From: a virus
Direction: 5' to 3' (one strand)
Length of the DNA stretch: 64,000 nt
Virus record (IMG/VR): IMGVR_UViG_3300020442_000509
Location: 5,802 to 69,801 of that record
Shown piece by piece: positions 40,040-47,685 of this stretch. Below the pieces are notes generated by a model, which saw only the letters and a program-made list of their open reading frames with translations, had not been told where the DNA came from and ran no database searches. The first letter of the stretch is position 1, and every line of letters starts with the position of its first letter. The translations under genes and the position numbers were made by a program.

Positions 40040-40242
40040 TGCTTTTCCATGTACTTACAATTTTCGCTGCGGATATCGTACACAAGACGATAAGTGTCAG
40101 TGTGTACGTAATACTCGTCAATTTCTTTTCCATCGGATGATTGGAAGCCATAACCTCTCACGGTTTCACGTTTGCCGTCAATGTAGAACATCTTGTCGTC
40201 ATTGTGAAGATACGAGTGGTAACGTTCATCCAGGTTGATCAT
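40036..40242 (-). CDS. Hypothetical protein (68 aa)
   Basis: ATGA-coupled on both sides. Confidence 0.7.
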   Translation of the reverse strand: MINLDERYHSYLHNDDKMFYIDGKRETVRGYGFQSSDGKEIDEYYVHTDTYRLVYDIRSENCKYMEKQ

Positions 40243-40703
40243 AGTGCTACTGCTCCAGCAAGATTGTCGGGAAGTCCCTCAAGAGTAATTATACCCATTC
40301 CCTTCGGGATCGCAATGCCAAGACGCCCTCCGATACCTTTCTTAGCCTTCTTCCAGTACGCTTCTTTCCTCACCCATTCCTGGTAGAAAGTGTCGGGATC
40401 ATCGGTAATCTCGGAGATATCAAAGTAACGCCTCGAAAGTTTCCCAACGGGGCGTTCTCGCTTGTATTCAATATCAACCCCAATCCTCTTGGAGCTTACC
40501 GCAACGGCGAGGTAGTTCTCGCTATCGGATTTACTCCAATGGACGTGGGCGGGCGTGAAGCAATCCAAGCGCCCTTCCAACCAATCGGCAATACACAGGC
40601 GGATAATCTCGGAGTGACTCTCCTTGGGGTTTTCAAAAAGATATACTCGGAATTTTTTCTCGGAAAAAATTTTTAGAATAGGGATCCTACGTTTTTCAAA
40701 CAT
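40239..40703 (-). CDS. 4'-phosphopantetheinyl transferase (short Sfp/AcpS-superfamily)
   Basis: Signature motifs IGVDIE and WVRKEAYWK, preceded by HWSKSDS..LAVAVS. Confidence 0.85.
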   Translation of the reverse strand: MFEKRRIPILKIFSEKKFRVYLFENPKESHSEIIRLCIADWLEGRLDCFTPAHVHWSKSDSENYLAVAVSSKRIGVDIEYKRERPVGKLSRRYFDISEITDDPDTFYQEWVRKEAYWKKAKKGIGGRLGIAIPKGMGIITLEGLPDNLAGAVAL

Positions 40704-40798
40704 CGGTTTAACTCGGACGCGAGAGCAAGACTTTATAGCTTATGTGAGCGGGTCCCATTTAGCTAAGGGGGGCAGGGGGCGCAAGCCCCCCTAGTGCC

Positions 40799-41014
40799 TT
40801 AGTGGCGGTCAGCAATGGCGTTGGTGTTAGCATCGGAGCGACACCAGCGGTAAGGGTCAGCCTTGGGGTTATTAGGCACTGCCCAGATCATGCATTCTTC
40901 GCCCCATGCCTTAGCGAGTCGGTAGGCGTGGTGAATATCCACTGCCCAGTCGCAACCGTGAGGGTCAAAGTTGGACCATGTGGAGGGTTGGACGGCGAAG
41001 GTGTGGGTGAGCAT
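40799..41014 (-). CDS. Hypothetical early protein (71 aa)
   Basis: TATAAT box and A-rich leader upstream. Confidence 0.7.
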   Translation of the reverse strand: MLTHTFAVQPSTWSNFDPHGCDWAVDIHHAYRLAKAWGEECMIWAVPNNPKADPYRWCRSDANTNAIADRH

Positions 41015-41055
41015 GTCTCTCTGTGTTGTTGAACTAATTATAGACGCTGCAGCGA

Positions 41056-41265
41056 TCAGTCGCGATCACTAATGTTCCAGATGCCCCACTGTCCACCAGC
41101 TGGTTCTAGCCCCTGACGGATACGCTCACGGCGGGCAGTCTCCTGAGCCATGTCCCGCTTGATGCTCTCCATGGCGGCGAAGATGGCGGGGTCAGTCTCG
41201 CCTTTCTTGATGATGAACCCGTCGCGTACCTCGTAACGGTCCTGCATGTTCTTGGGAAGTGTCAT
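41056..41265 (-). CDS. Hypothetical early protein (69 aa), possibly leaderless
   Basis: TGGTACAAT 6 nt upstream of the ATG. Confidence 0.7.
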   Translation of the reverse strand: MTLPKNMQDRYEVRDGFIIKKGETDPAIFAAMESIKRDMAQETARRERIRQGLEPAGGQWGIWNISDRD

Positions 41266-41297
41266 GGGTCTATTGTACCATAGAACGGGGTACGCCC

Positions 41298-41624
41298 TCA
41301 GGCGTACTCGCAGAAGGTGTAACCGTTCACGAAGTCATGGGTGACCTTGTTGTCACGGATGTACCAGGCGAAGTCACGCTGGAAGACGCCATCGGTGAAG
41401 GCGTTGCAGAACTCGTTGATGATGGCATTCAGGCGGGACTTGGTGGTGTTGCTCTGCCAACCGCCATCAAAGATGGTAACGAAGTCGTCGCCAACCTTGG
41501 CGATCAGGTTACCGTGGAGACGAACCTCAGAGATGCCGTTGTCAGTGGTAACAGTCGTGTTGCTGCTGCTCCAGTTCTTGTTTGCCTTGATGGCGGCGTT
41601 CATGTTGGATTCGATCTTACGCAT
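41298..41624 (-). CDS. Conserved cyanophage-type hypothetical protein (108 aa; start revised to MRKIE)
   Basis: VRLHGNLIA..DGGWQSNTTKSRLNA; promoter lies within the longer track ORF. Confidence 0.75.
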   Translation of the reverse strand: MRKIESNMNAAIKANKNWSSSNTTVTTDNGISEVRLHGNLIAKVGDDFVTIFDGGWQSNTTKSRLNAIINEFCNAFTDGVFQRDFAWYIRDNKVTHDFVNGYTFCEYA

Positions 41625-41658
41625 GTGAGTTGAGAAGTGGTTTGTTTGGTATGTACCT

Positions 41659-41715
41659 ATTATAACCACAGGGTCAGACGACCTGCAGGTTGTTGTGTGC
41701 CACTTTGGCAACTGG
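41659..41715 (-). promoter_or_regulatory. Early promoter: palindromic site + TATAAT
   Basis: CCAGTT-GCCA-AAGTGGCACA ~31 nt upstream of TATAAT. Confidence 0.7.
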
Positions 41716-41771
41716 TTTGGTTCGGAAGATCACGACCTTCCTTCCCATGGTACGATCGAGCACGCGGTTGA

Positions 41772-41969
41772 TCAGTCGGAGCATTCGGCTTTGATGTGGG
41801 AGACGTTAAAACCAGTATACACGGAAACGGCAGCTTTGAGCGCTTCCAGATCATCAGCTGTCCACTCTCGGTCAGCCGCTTCGCGGTATAACTTTTGTTG
41901 CTCTATAATAGGGCATTCAAAGTCATCATCCTCAAAATCTAGGTTGAGTTCAGTGATAGTGTACTTCAT
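41772..41969 (-). CDS. Hypothetical acidic protein (65 aa)
   Basis: ATGA-coupled chain of small ORFs. Confidence 0.7.
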   Translation of the reverse strand: MKYTITELNLDFEDDDFECPIIEQQKLYREAADREWTADDLEALKAAVSVYTGFNVSHIKAECSD

Positions 41970-42166
41970 GAATTGGTCTTCTCTAAGTGTGTCCAGAGCG
42001 TGTTATCTTCACCGAACATCTGTTCATAAAGGTCGGGTGAATGCTCTTGGTCGTATTTAGAATTGACCGCCATGATTTCGGTTTCGATCCATGCCAGCTC
42101 TAGACGTTTTGCGTCTAGTTGTTTTCTCAACTCGTAGAGTTTTTGGTTGCGTTCGGTGATAGTCAT
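41966..42166 (-). CDS. Hypothetical protein (66 aa)
   Basis: ATGA-coupled. Confidence 0.7.
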   Translation of the reverse strand: MTITERNQKLYELRKQLDAKRLELAWIETEIMAVNSKYDQEHSPDLYEQMFGEDNTLWTHLEKTNS

Positions 42167-42354
42167 TGGTCAGCAAACATGGCGAAGTGTGCATCAACGA
42201 CGAGATCGATGACCTCATCGGTTGCGGAAATGTTCCACTGTTCACATACCCAGTCAACACACATTTCGACGGGTAGCATAGTCTCAAACATGAAGTTTTC
42301 GAGACCGAAGAGAATGTGTTGCTTGAGAGTCGGATCCATGGGTTCGTTGTTCAT
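42163..42354 (-). CDS. Hypothetical acidic protein (63 aa)
   Basis: TAATAT box directly upstream; coupled downstream. Confidence 0.65.
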   Translation of the reverse strand: MNNEPMDPTLKQHILFGLENFMFETMLPVEMCVDWVCEQWNISATDEVIDLVVDAHFAMFADQ

Positions 42355-42384
42355 GCCTCTATATTACACGGGGACGCGCCCCTG

Positions 42385-42576
42385 TCAGAAGGGGTTGGTC
42401 CAGTTGTCGCGCTGTCTCTGTGAGATCTCCTCGCAACGTGAGAGCATATCCACGAAGTTGTTCCAGTCCTCGCGCTTCGCGATCGTGTCACCACGGAGGG
42501 CAGGGTTCTGCATGGTTGCTACTTTCCAGTTGTAACGGAACTGCTCTAGGACCTGTGCCTTAGTGTAGTGACGCAT
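42385..42576 (-). CDS. Hypothetical protein (63 aa)
   Basis: AAGGAG SD and promoter upstream. Confidence 0.75.
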   Translation of the reverse strand: MRHYTKAQVLEQFRYNWKVATMQNPALRGDTIAKREDWNNFVDMLSRCEEISQRQRDNWTNPF

Positions 42577-42606
42577 TCGGTGAACTCCTTTGTTTGGTAT
42601 ACACCT

Positions 42607-42668
42607 ATATTACACGCCAGCAGCACCTTGCCAACCACCTAGTGGACGGTTCTTCAAAGTGTCCACTA
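42607..42668 (-). promoter_or_regulatory. Early promoter: palindrome TAGTGGAC..GTCCACTA + TAATAT
   Basis: Same architecture as the other island promoters. Confidence 0.7.
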
Positions 42669-42706
42669 TCGGTTGACGGCGGGCGGCTGAATCGTTAATG
42701 ATACCG

Positions 42707-42895
42707 TCAGTCGATATCTGACGGCACAAAGTAACACAAACCCTCCAGCACGAACTTGTTAGCAAGTCCGATAAGTTGAGGGTGATTGTTCACTTGATCT
42801 GTGTCCAACAGATATTGAATCAAATCAACCTCATCAGTTACTGATGCTAACTGGAGGGACAGGTTAACATCATTCTTCTGTGGTGTAGTCATCAT
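42707..42895 (-). CDS. Hypothetical protein (62 aa)
   Basis: ORF overlapping the upstream gene end. Confidence 0.55.
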   Translation of the reverse strand: MMTTPQKNDVNLSLQLASVTDEVDLIQYLLDTDQVNNHPQLIGLANKFVLEGLCYFVPSDID

Positions 42896-43055
42896 CTACG
42901 TAGAGTGAATTGTTGCCAGATTTGATGCGCTTAGAGTTAGAAATCTGATCAAGATATCCACTGGATTCTAGATCACTTTGCTCGAAGTATTCTCTCTTCT
43001 TCTGAGAGAAACTACCTGCACGATTCCTACCTCTATTATTCCAAGTCTTAGCCAT
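42870..43055 (-). CDS. Hypothetical protein (61 aa)
   Basis: TACAAT box and GAGAG leader upstream. Confidence 0.65.
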   Translation of the reverse strand: MAKTWNNRGRNRAGSFSQKKREYFEQSDLESSGYLDQISNSKRIKSGNNSLYVDDDYTTEE

Positions 43056-43103
43056 TTGTCTCTCTTTTTGTCTAACTCAAAGATTGTACAATAATTTAGA
43101 CTT

Positions 43104-43382
43104 TCACTTCATTTGAGTCAATTTCCCATCTTTTACAAGATTGTTGAAATAACGACCAAGTGACAAATGTTGTTCTTTTACGAACTTTTCGAGCTCACTC
43201 ACAAGTTCTGACAGATTTCCAGTAAAAGTATAATCATATACTTTTTCCTGAGAACTGAACATAACTGACACTTTCTCTGCACTTACAGTAATACTGTCAA
43301 TAGCTGTGGAAATGTCCTTTGTGTCAAAACTCACAGGTTCTGTCAGTTTTTTTGCTTTTGAAGACTTTCGACGAGTTGCCAA
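43104..43382 (-). CDS. KTSC-domain-like protein (92 aa, TTG start)
   Basis: STAIDSI..VSVMF..VYDY..SLGRYFNNLVK matches the KTSC pattern; AAGGA SD and TATAAT upstream. Confidence 0.6.
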   Translation of the reverse strand: MATRRKSSKAKKLTEPVSFDTKDISTAIDSITVSAEKVSVMFSSQEKVYDYTFTGNLSELVSELEKFVKEQHLSLGRYFNNLVKDGKLTQMK

Positions 43383-43409
43383 GGTTTTGTTCCTTTTGTT
43401 TACTCTTAA

Positions 43410-43467
43410 ATTATACGGCAGATCTCGGCGGTTTGGGGCAAAAGTGGACAGTTCTCAGAGTGTCACC
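43410..43467 (-). promoter_or_regulatory. Early promoter: palindromic site + TATAAT
   Basis: GTGACACTC-TGAG-AACTGTCCACT ~27 nt upstream of TATAAT. Confidence 0.7.
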
Positions 43468-43474
43468 GAGGCGC

Positions 43475-43503
43475 TTGACAGTCGGTGGGATGCACGCTAA
43501 GAC
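43475..43503 (+). promoter_or_regulatory. Plus-strand sigma70-like promoter without a convincing downstream gene
   Basis: TTGACA-N17-TAAGAC. Confidence 0.45.
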
Positions 43504-43582
43504 CGCAAAGGTGTCTCAGGAGTATCCTCACAGCTACTGTCAAGCTCACGCAAACCTATTTTTTTAACCATTTCTTTTTGTA

Positions 43583-44242
43583 TCAGTTTTCCACAACGTT
43601 TTCCACAATGGGTGCGGAAACTGTGGAATACACATCCAAAACTAGAGAGAATCGTGGTACACTACCATCGTTCCATACCCTGTGTTTCTTCTTACTTCTA
43701 AAGATCATGAAGTCATTTTCCTTGAAGTATCTACGTAGTGCGCGTTTCTCTGTCTCCATAACATCTAAGTACGCACCACCATCTGTCTTGACATTCCAGA
43801 ACACACGATGCTGTATTGTCTGTTCATCTGGATCATCATCCCAATGCCAATCTAGTCCATACTCTGGATCTAGTCTTGTGAATCCACAGTAATGAGTATG
43901 ACCAATGAACTCCAGTATCTTACATGTCTTAGGCATCTGTACACTGTTAGGTGTATACCTTTGTCCATTGTATATGAGTGGAGCTAGATGCCATCCTCTG
44001 TCATTAGTTGTTGATGCCTCAGCATACTCTTTCGCTAGTATAGGATACCCTTGTCCATTCTTCTTGATGTACTTGTCTTGATAGTCAGAGAAGTCCTTAT
44101 ACTCTAGTTGAGCATTGTCGAACTCCTCTCTGATGACATCTTGGAATTTGGGTAATACTAGCAGTCTCTTTGTTAGTTGTTCAGGCTTAAGGAATGAGCG
44201 CTCTGTTAGTTGTACCATACTGTGAATAGAGTTTAGCGTCAC
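43583..44242 (-). CDS. Aspartyl/asparaginyl beta-hydroxylase family 2OG-Fe(II) oxygenase (start may be ATG 44218)
   Basis: W.L.PL..G, PKTCKIL, FTRLDP..HWD, HRVWN..PR..LVLDV. Confidence 0.8.
   Translation of the reverse strand: MTLNSIHSMVQLTERSFLKPEQLTKRLLVLPKFQDVIREEFDNAQLEYKDFSDYQDKYIKKNGQGYPILAKEYAEASTTNDRGWHLAPLIYNGQRYTPNSVQMPKTCKILEFIGHTHYCGFTRLDPEYGLDWHWDDDPDEQTIQHRVFWNVKTDGGAYLDVMETEKRALRRYFKENDFMIFRSKKKHRVWNDGSVPRFSLVLDVYSTVSAPIVENVVEN
43587..43630. repeat. Cluster of DnaA-box-like 9-mers
   Basis: TTTTCCACA at 43587 and 43599; inverted GTTTCCGCA (43613) and TATTCCACA (43622). Confidence 0.65.
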
Positions 44243-44384
44243 TTACTGCTTGTTGTTCACTCCTGAATGGACCATACATTTGATTCACATCTTCATATGA
44301 CCAGTAGATCCCTTTTCTCTTTTGTGTGGTCTTGATTGTAATGTCCTTGTCCAGAACATTGATGATGCTCGTGTGGTTCTTCAT
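44187..44384 (-). CDS. Hypothetical protein (65 aa)
   Basis: GIYW..YGPFRSEQQA..DA motif, typical of small phage proteins. Confidence 0.6.
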   Translation of the reverse strand: MKNHTSIINVLDKDITIKTTQKRKGIYWSYEDVNQMYGPFRSEQQAVSDAKLYSQYGTTNRALIP

Positions 44385-44403
44385 AGCAGTGATTGGGAAC
44401 GAA

Positions 44404-44556
44404 CTATTTAACTGTGATGTAAGAGCTGATGTACTTAGGATCGGCGTCCTTTACGTGGTTTTCGTAGTGACTCGCATCCTCGATAGACAGAAATGGTATC
44501 TCGCAGGTAGATACCTTTGTCTTCTTCTGTCTCTTCATAATAACGACAAATTTCAT
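44404..44556 (-). CDS. Hypothetical protein, 50 aa (MKFVVIMKRQKK...)
   Basis: Hand-translated; fills the gap on the coding strand. Confidence 0.55.
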   Translation of the reverse strand: MKFVVIMKRQKKTKVSTCEIPFLSIEDASHYENHVKDADPKYISSYITVK

Positions 44557-44580
44557 CGTATAGTGATTGATTGTAAGACA

Positions 44581-44778
44581 TCATTGTTCAAGTGGGATAA
44601 CCTTGTCCCAGTCATATACAGGTACAACGACTCGTACTTGACGGGATTTGGGGATTGTGCGTGATGACACACACAATGATAGTGATTGGGCGCAGATAAA
44701 GGCAATGTACCCTCTGTCGCCCTTGTATTCTACCTCTTCGTCAATAGAGAAAGGTAGAGTGTTAGAATCCATTAGCAA
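44581..44778 (-). CDS. Hypothetical protein (65 aa)
   Basis: VEYKGDRGYIAFI..SLC..QVRVVV, small beta-barrel-like. Confidence 0.7.
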   Translation of the reverse strand: MLMDSNTLPFSIDEEVEYKGDRGYIAFICAQSLSLCVSSRTIPKSRQVRVVVPVYDWDKVIPLEQ

Positions 44779-45008
44779 TAAACAGGAGAATAGTCTTTGC
44801 CAGTGTACTCATTGAGGTTGAAGTCACTGACTGTAGCACCATTGGCGATGTATCCTTCTACATCATACTTCATGCCGATACGGTCACGAGTGGAGAAGGA
44901 AGTCAGCTCAGTGTCACATCCTTTGTGCCAGATCACACGCTTGACGAACCGCTTGCCAGTGCCAACAGGATAGAAGTCGATCTGTGTGGCGGAGGTGTGG
45001 AGACGCAT
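44772..45008 (-). CDS. Hypothetical protein (78 aa)
   Basis: TATAAT + AAGGA upstream. Confidence 0.75.
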   Translation of the reverse strand: MRLHTSATQIDFYPVGTGKRFVKRVIWHKGCDTELTSFSTRDRIGMKYDVEGYIANGATVSDFNLNEYTGKDYSPVYC

Positions 45009-45050
45009 TGTGTCCTTTGCTGATGAACATATTATAGGGTACAGATGGGG

Positions 45051-45248
45051 TCAGAGAACCCGTACTGTGACACCTGTTGTACCGTCACCCATCAACTGGC
45101 GTTCTAGCAGCTGTGAGTGTAGGGTACGTGCCTCTTGTTCATCCAGCACCTCATAGCAGATCTTGCCTTCTTCGGGTGTTGTAGCACTGATGCGATAGAT
45201 CATAGTCCAGGAGCCGTGTGATTCAGGTGAGAAGAATTGTCCGATCAT
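45051..45248 (-). CDS. Hypothetical protein (65 aa; start uncertain)
   Basis: ATGA-coupled. Confidence 0.6.
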   Translation of the reverse strand: MIGQFFSPESHGSWTMIYRISATTPEEGKICYEVLDEQEARTLHSQLLERQLMGDGTTGVTVRVL

Positions 45249-45439
45249 ACCCGCTCAATGGTGTAACGGCGGATCTGAGACTCGTACTGTTTCCAGTCTG
45301 CCAGCACCTCATTGGTGATACGCTCCATCTGACGCTCAGCACCCTTGACAGTCTTACATGCTCGCACCTTACGGGTGTACACGATGGGATGCTGGGGAGC
45401 GTCCTTGGTGTCGATGCTGATGCGGTAGACGGTGGACAT
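45245..45439 (-). CDS. Hypothetical protein (64 aa; start revised to MSTVYR)
   Basis: TATACT (45464-45469) and GAGG upstream. Confidence 0.7.
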   Translation of the reverse strand: MSTVYRISIDTKDAPQHPIVYTRKVRACKTVKGAERQMERITNEVLADWKQYESQIRRYTIERV

Positions 45440-45474
45440 GACGGGTGCCTCGCTGATGAACATAGTATAGGCTA

Positions 45475-45648
45475 TCAGCAGTGCCCAGCACGTGATGCTA
45501 GACAGTCTGTCAACTGTCTCACAATGTCCCCATCCTTCACTTGGTGTTGCCATGCTAGCTGGCGTGTCATGCGGGCATCAGTGCCCCACAACACATCGAT
45601 CAAGAACTTGATCTGATTCTCAGTTAGATTAACGTCAACCGAACGCAT
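45475..45648 (-). CDS. Hypothetical protein, 57 aa (MRSVDVNLTENQIKFLIDVLW...)
   Basis: Hand-translated; GGAGG upstream. Confidence 0.6.
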   Translation of the reverse strand: MRSVDVNLTENQIKFLIDVLWGTDARMTRQLAWQHQVKDGDIVRQLTDCLASRAGHC

Positions 45649-46330
45649 CTAAGTCACCTCCAGGTCTTGTAGTTTGTTTACCCATCATACCCTGATGATA
45701 TGGTTTTTGTCCAGTGTTTATCTTCGCATCACCATGATTGTGCTTTGTCATCCATCCCAGTGGCGTGTTGTCCAAGTCTACGGTGACATTGAACGATGCT
45801 ACCGTACGCTTGACATCACTCAGGTTAGGTTGAGTATAGTGGAGCACAAATGATGGGAACAGGATAAGATCACCTTCCTTCACCTCTGGCATGTAACACA
45901 GTTGCATACCTGTGATGAAATGATTGAATGGTGAGACAAATACTGTGCTGGTGTGAACACTAGGATCATACTCAATGTAGAGCACAGCACTCCATCCACC
46001 ATGACCATGAGTATGGATTGGATGGTACATCTTATTGTACGCTCGTTCAAACCATGTACGCACAATTACAGGATCACAGCCTAGATCTCGCGCAAACTGT
46101 CGCATCTCATCCTTCACCAGACCACGCACAGTCTCCAGATACTTTGACTGTGGATTGTACAGGTCTAGTTGTTCATCAGGTGTCTTCTCATAACTGTAGT
46201 CAGAGTACACACATTCTTCACCTAGCTCGAGCACTTGCTGCTCCAGTAGATCAAGAAATCCTTTCTTCTTTTGTTCCCAGTTGGAGAGAGAATACTTCAC
46301 AACTGGGATGCTGAACATAGTTTCAATCAT
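45635..46330 (-). CDS. 2OG-Fe(II) oxygenase, TIGR02466-like (start revised to MIETMFSIP)
   Basis: HPIHTH..WSAVLYI..EGDLILFPSFVLHYT..R..ASFN. Confidence 0.85.
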   Translation of the reverse strand: MIETMFSIPVVKYSLSNWEQKKKGFLDLLEQQVLELGEECVYSDYSYEKTPDEQLDLYNPQSKYLETVRGLVKDEMRQFARDLGCDPVIVRTWFERAYNKMYHPIHTHGHGGWSAVLYIEYDPSVHTSTVFVSPFNHFITGMQLCYMPEVKEGDLILFPSFVLHYTQPNLSDVKRTVASFNVTVDLDNTPLGWMTKHNHGDAKINTGQKPYHQGMMGKQTTRPGGDLDAFG

Positions 46331-46364
46331 GCTCTGAGACCCCTCTAGAATCGCCTGTAACGTG

Positions 46365-47603
46365 TCAGACCCAGCTGGTTGCTGGCATACCCTTGGTGAA
46401 CACACAATCGACCACACGCTGGAGTCGGTTGCTGATCTGACGCCCTGTGTTCTGATAGACAGGGACAGTCACGAAACCTGTGGGTTTGATGTAATTAGCA
46501 TAGCATGTCGGGCGGAGCGCACCACTGCTGATACGTTGCGCGTCCTGACGATCAAGGCGGATCACACGACCAATAGTCTGCGCCATCTCGATCACAGGAA
46601 GCTGACGCAGCAGGATCACGTGCGTCAGACCAGGGACATTGATACCCTCACTGAGGATAGAATAGTGGAACAACACGAAATTCTTGTTCGGATCAAGACC
46701 CCAGGCGTGGAGAGTGTTGAAGAACTCGTCACGTGTTACCTTCTTACCGTCAATAATAGCACCATCCTTGGATGTAATGCTCATGACACTATAACCACGC
46801 TCGTAGAGATCCGCGAGCACAAGACTGTTAGCGAACATGTGCTTAATGATACGCGCACTAGGAGCAGCAACCAACACTTTCTGAGCAACATTGTCATCGA
46901 GACTGTCAACAACAGTGGTCACAGTGTTAGCATCAGTCAGTGCTACTGTCTCTTTCTTGCGCTCATAGGGCAGTTCAGTCACCTTGACAGTGGGAGGGAT
47001 GATAGAACCACACTCGATAAGCTCCTGAGCAGCAACAGTGATCAGGTTGTTACCATAGATCTGAGCATTGTTCATGCCACGCTTACCATTCTTGGCAAAC
47101 TTAGGTGTGGCAGTGAAGAAGAATGCGCGGTCAGCATCAACAGCAGCAAGAGCAACAACAGGGAAGAAGTTGCGTTGTACACTGTTGTGCGCTTCGTCAC
47201 AGTACAGAGCGTTGATCTTGATACCAGCGTCAACAATACGGTGGAGAGAGTTGTATGTGCTGAAGATAATCACATGCTCATTGACATGGTGACACATACG
47301 AGTGAACAGATTGATGCGATCAGACTTGGTAGTCTTGAAGTGCTTAGTCTCACCACTGTGAACATGGAGGACATTGGCATTCTTGACCTGCTCCATGAAC
47401 TCTTCACAGAGTTGAATGGCAAGCATGATGCGGGGAGCAACAACAACAATAGTCTGTGGCTCTGTAGCAGTGTCAAGGTGGTTGATCACATCGTTGATCA
47501 TACACAGAGTCTTGCCACCACCAGTGGGGATGTACACGGTGCCACGCTCGTTAGAGCGGAGGGCATCGACTGTGCGTTGCTGGTGGGGGCGGAGGGAATA
47601 CAT
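46365..47603 (-). CDS. SF2 DEAH helicase (type III Res-like), 412 aa
   Basis: LRPHQ, PTGGGKT, DEAH, TATP, LSEGINVP, QTIGRVIR. Confidence 0.9.
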   Translation of the reverse strand: MYSLRPHQQRTVDALRSNERGTVYIPTGGGKTLCMINDVINHLDTATEPQTIVVVAPRIMLAIQLCEEFMEQVKNANVLHVHSGETKHFKTTKSDRINLFTRMCHHVNEHVIIFSTYNSLHRIVDAGIKINALYCDEAHNSVQRNFFPVVALAAVDADRAFFFTATPKFAKNGKRGMNNAQIYGNNLITVAAQELIECGSIIPPTVKVTELPYERKKETVALTDANTVTTVVDSLDDNVAQKVLVAAPSARIIKHMFANSLVLADLYERGYSVMSITSKDGAIIDGKKVTRDEFFNTLHAWGLDPNKNFVLFHYSILSEGINVPGLTHVILLRQLPVIEMAQTIGRVIRLDRQDAQRISSGALRPTCYANYIKPTGFVTVPVYQNTGRQISNRLQRVVDCVFTKGMPATSWV

Positions 47604-47624
47604 GCTGTCGTCGTCAATAGAGAT

Positions 47625-47685
47625 ATTATACACATAAAAAAAGCGCCCATGAAGGGCGCTTGGGACAGTTCAGGCAACTGTCACA
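47625..47685 (-). promoter_or_regulatory. Early promoter: palindrome + TATAAT with a terminator nested in the spacer
   Basis: TGTGACAGTT-GCCTG-AACTGTCCCA, then hairpin, then TATAAT. Confidence 0.7.
47636..47661 (-). terminator. Intrinsic terminator
   Basis: AAGCGCCC-TTCAT-GGGCGC followed by T7. Confidence 0.85.

Noticed and set aside
42163-42354. Acidic 63-aa ORF as the acyl carrier partner of the PPTase
   Set aside because: Only faint resemblance to ACP helix II and no DSL serine.
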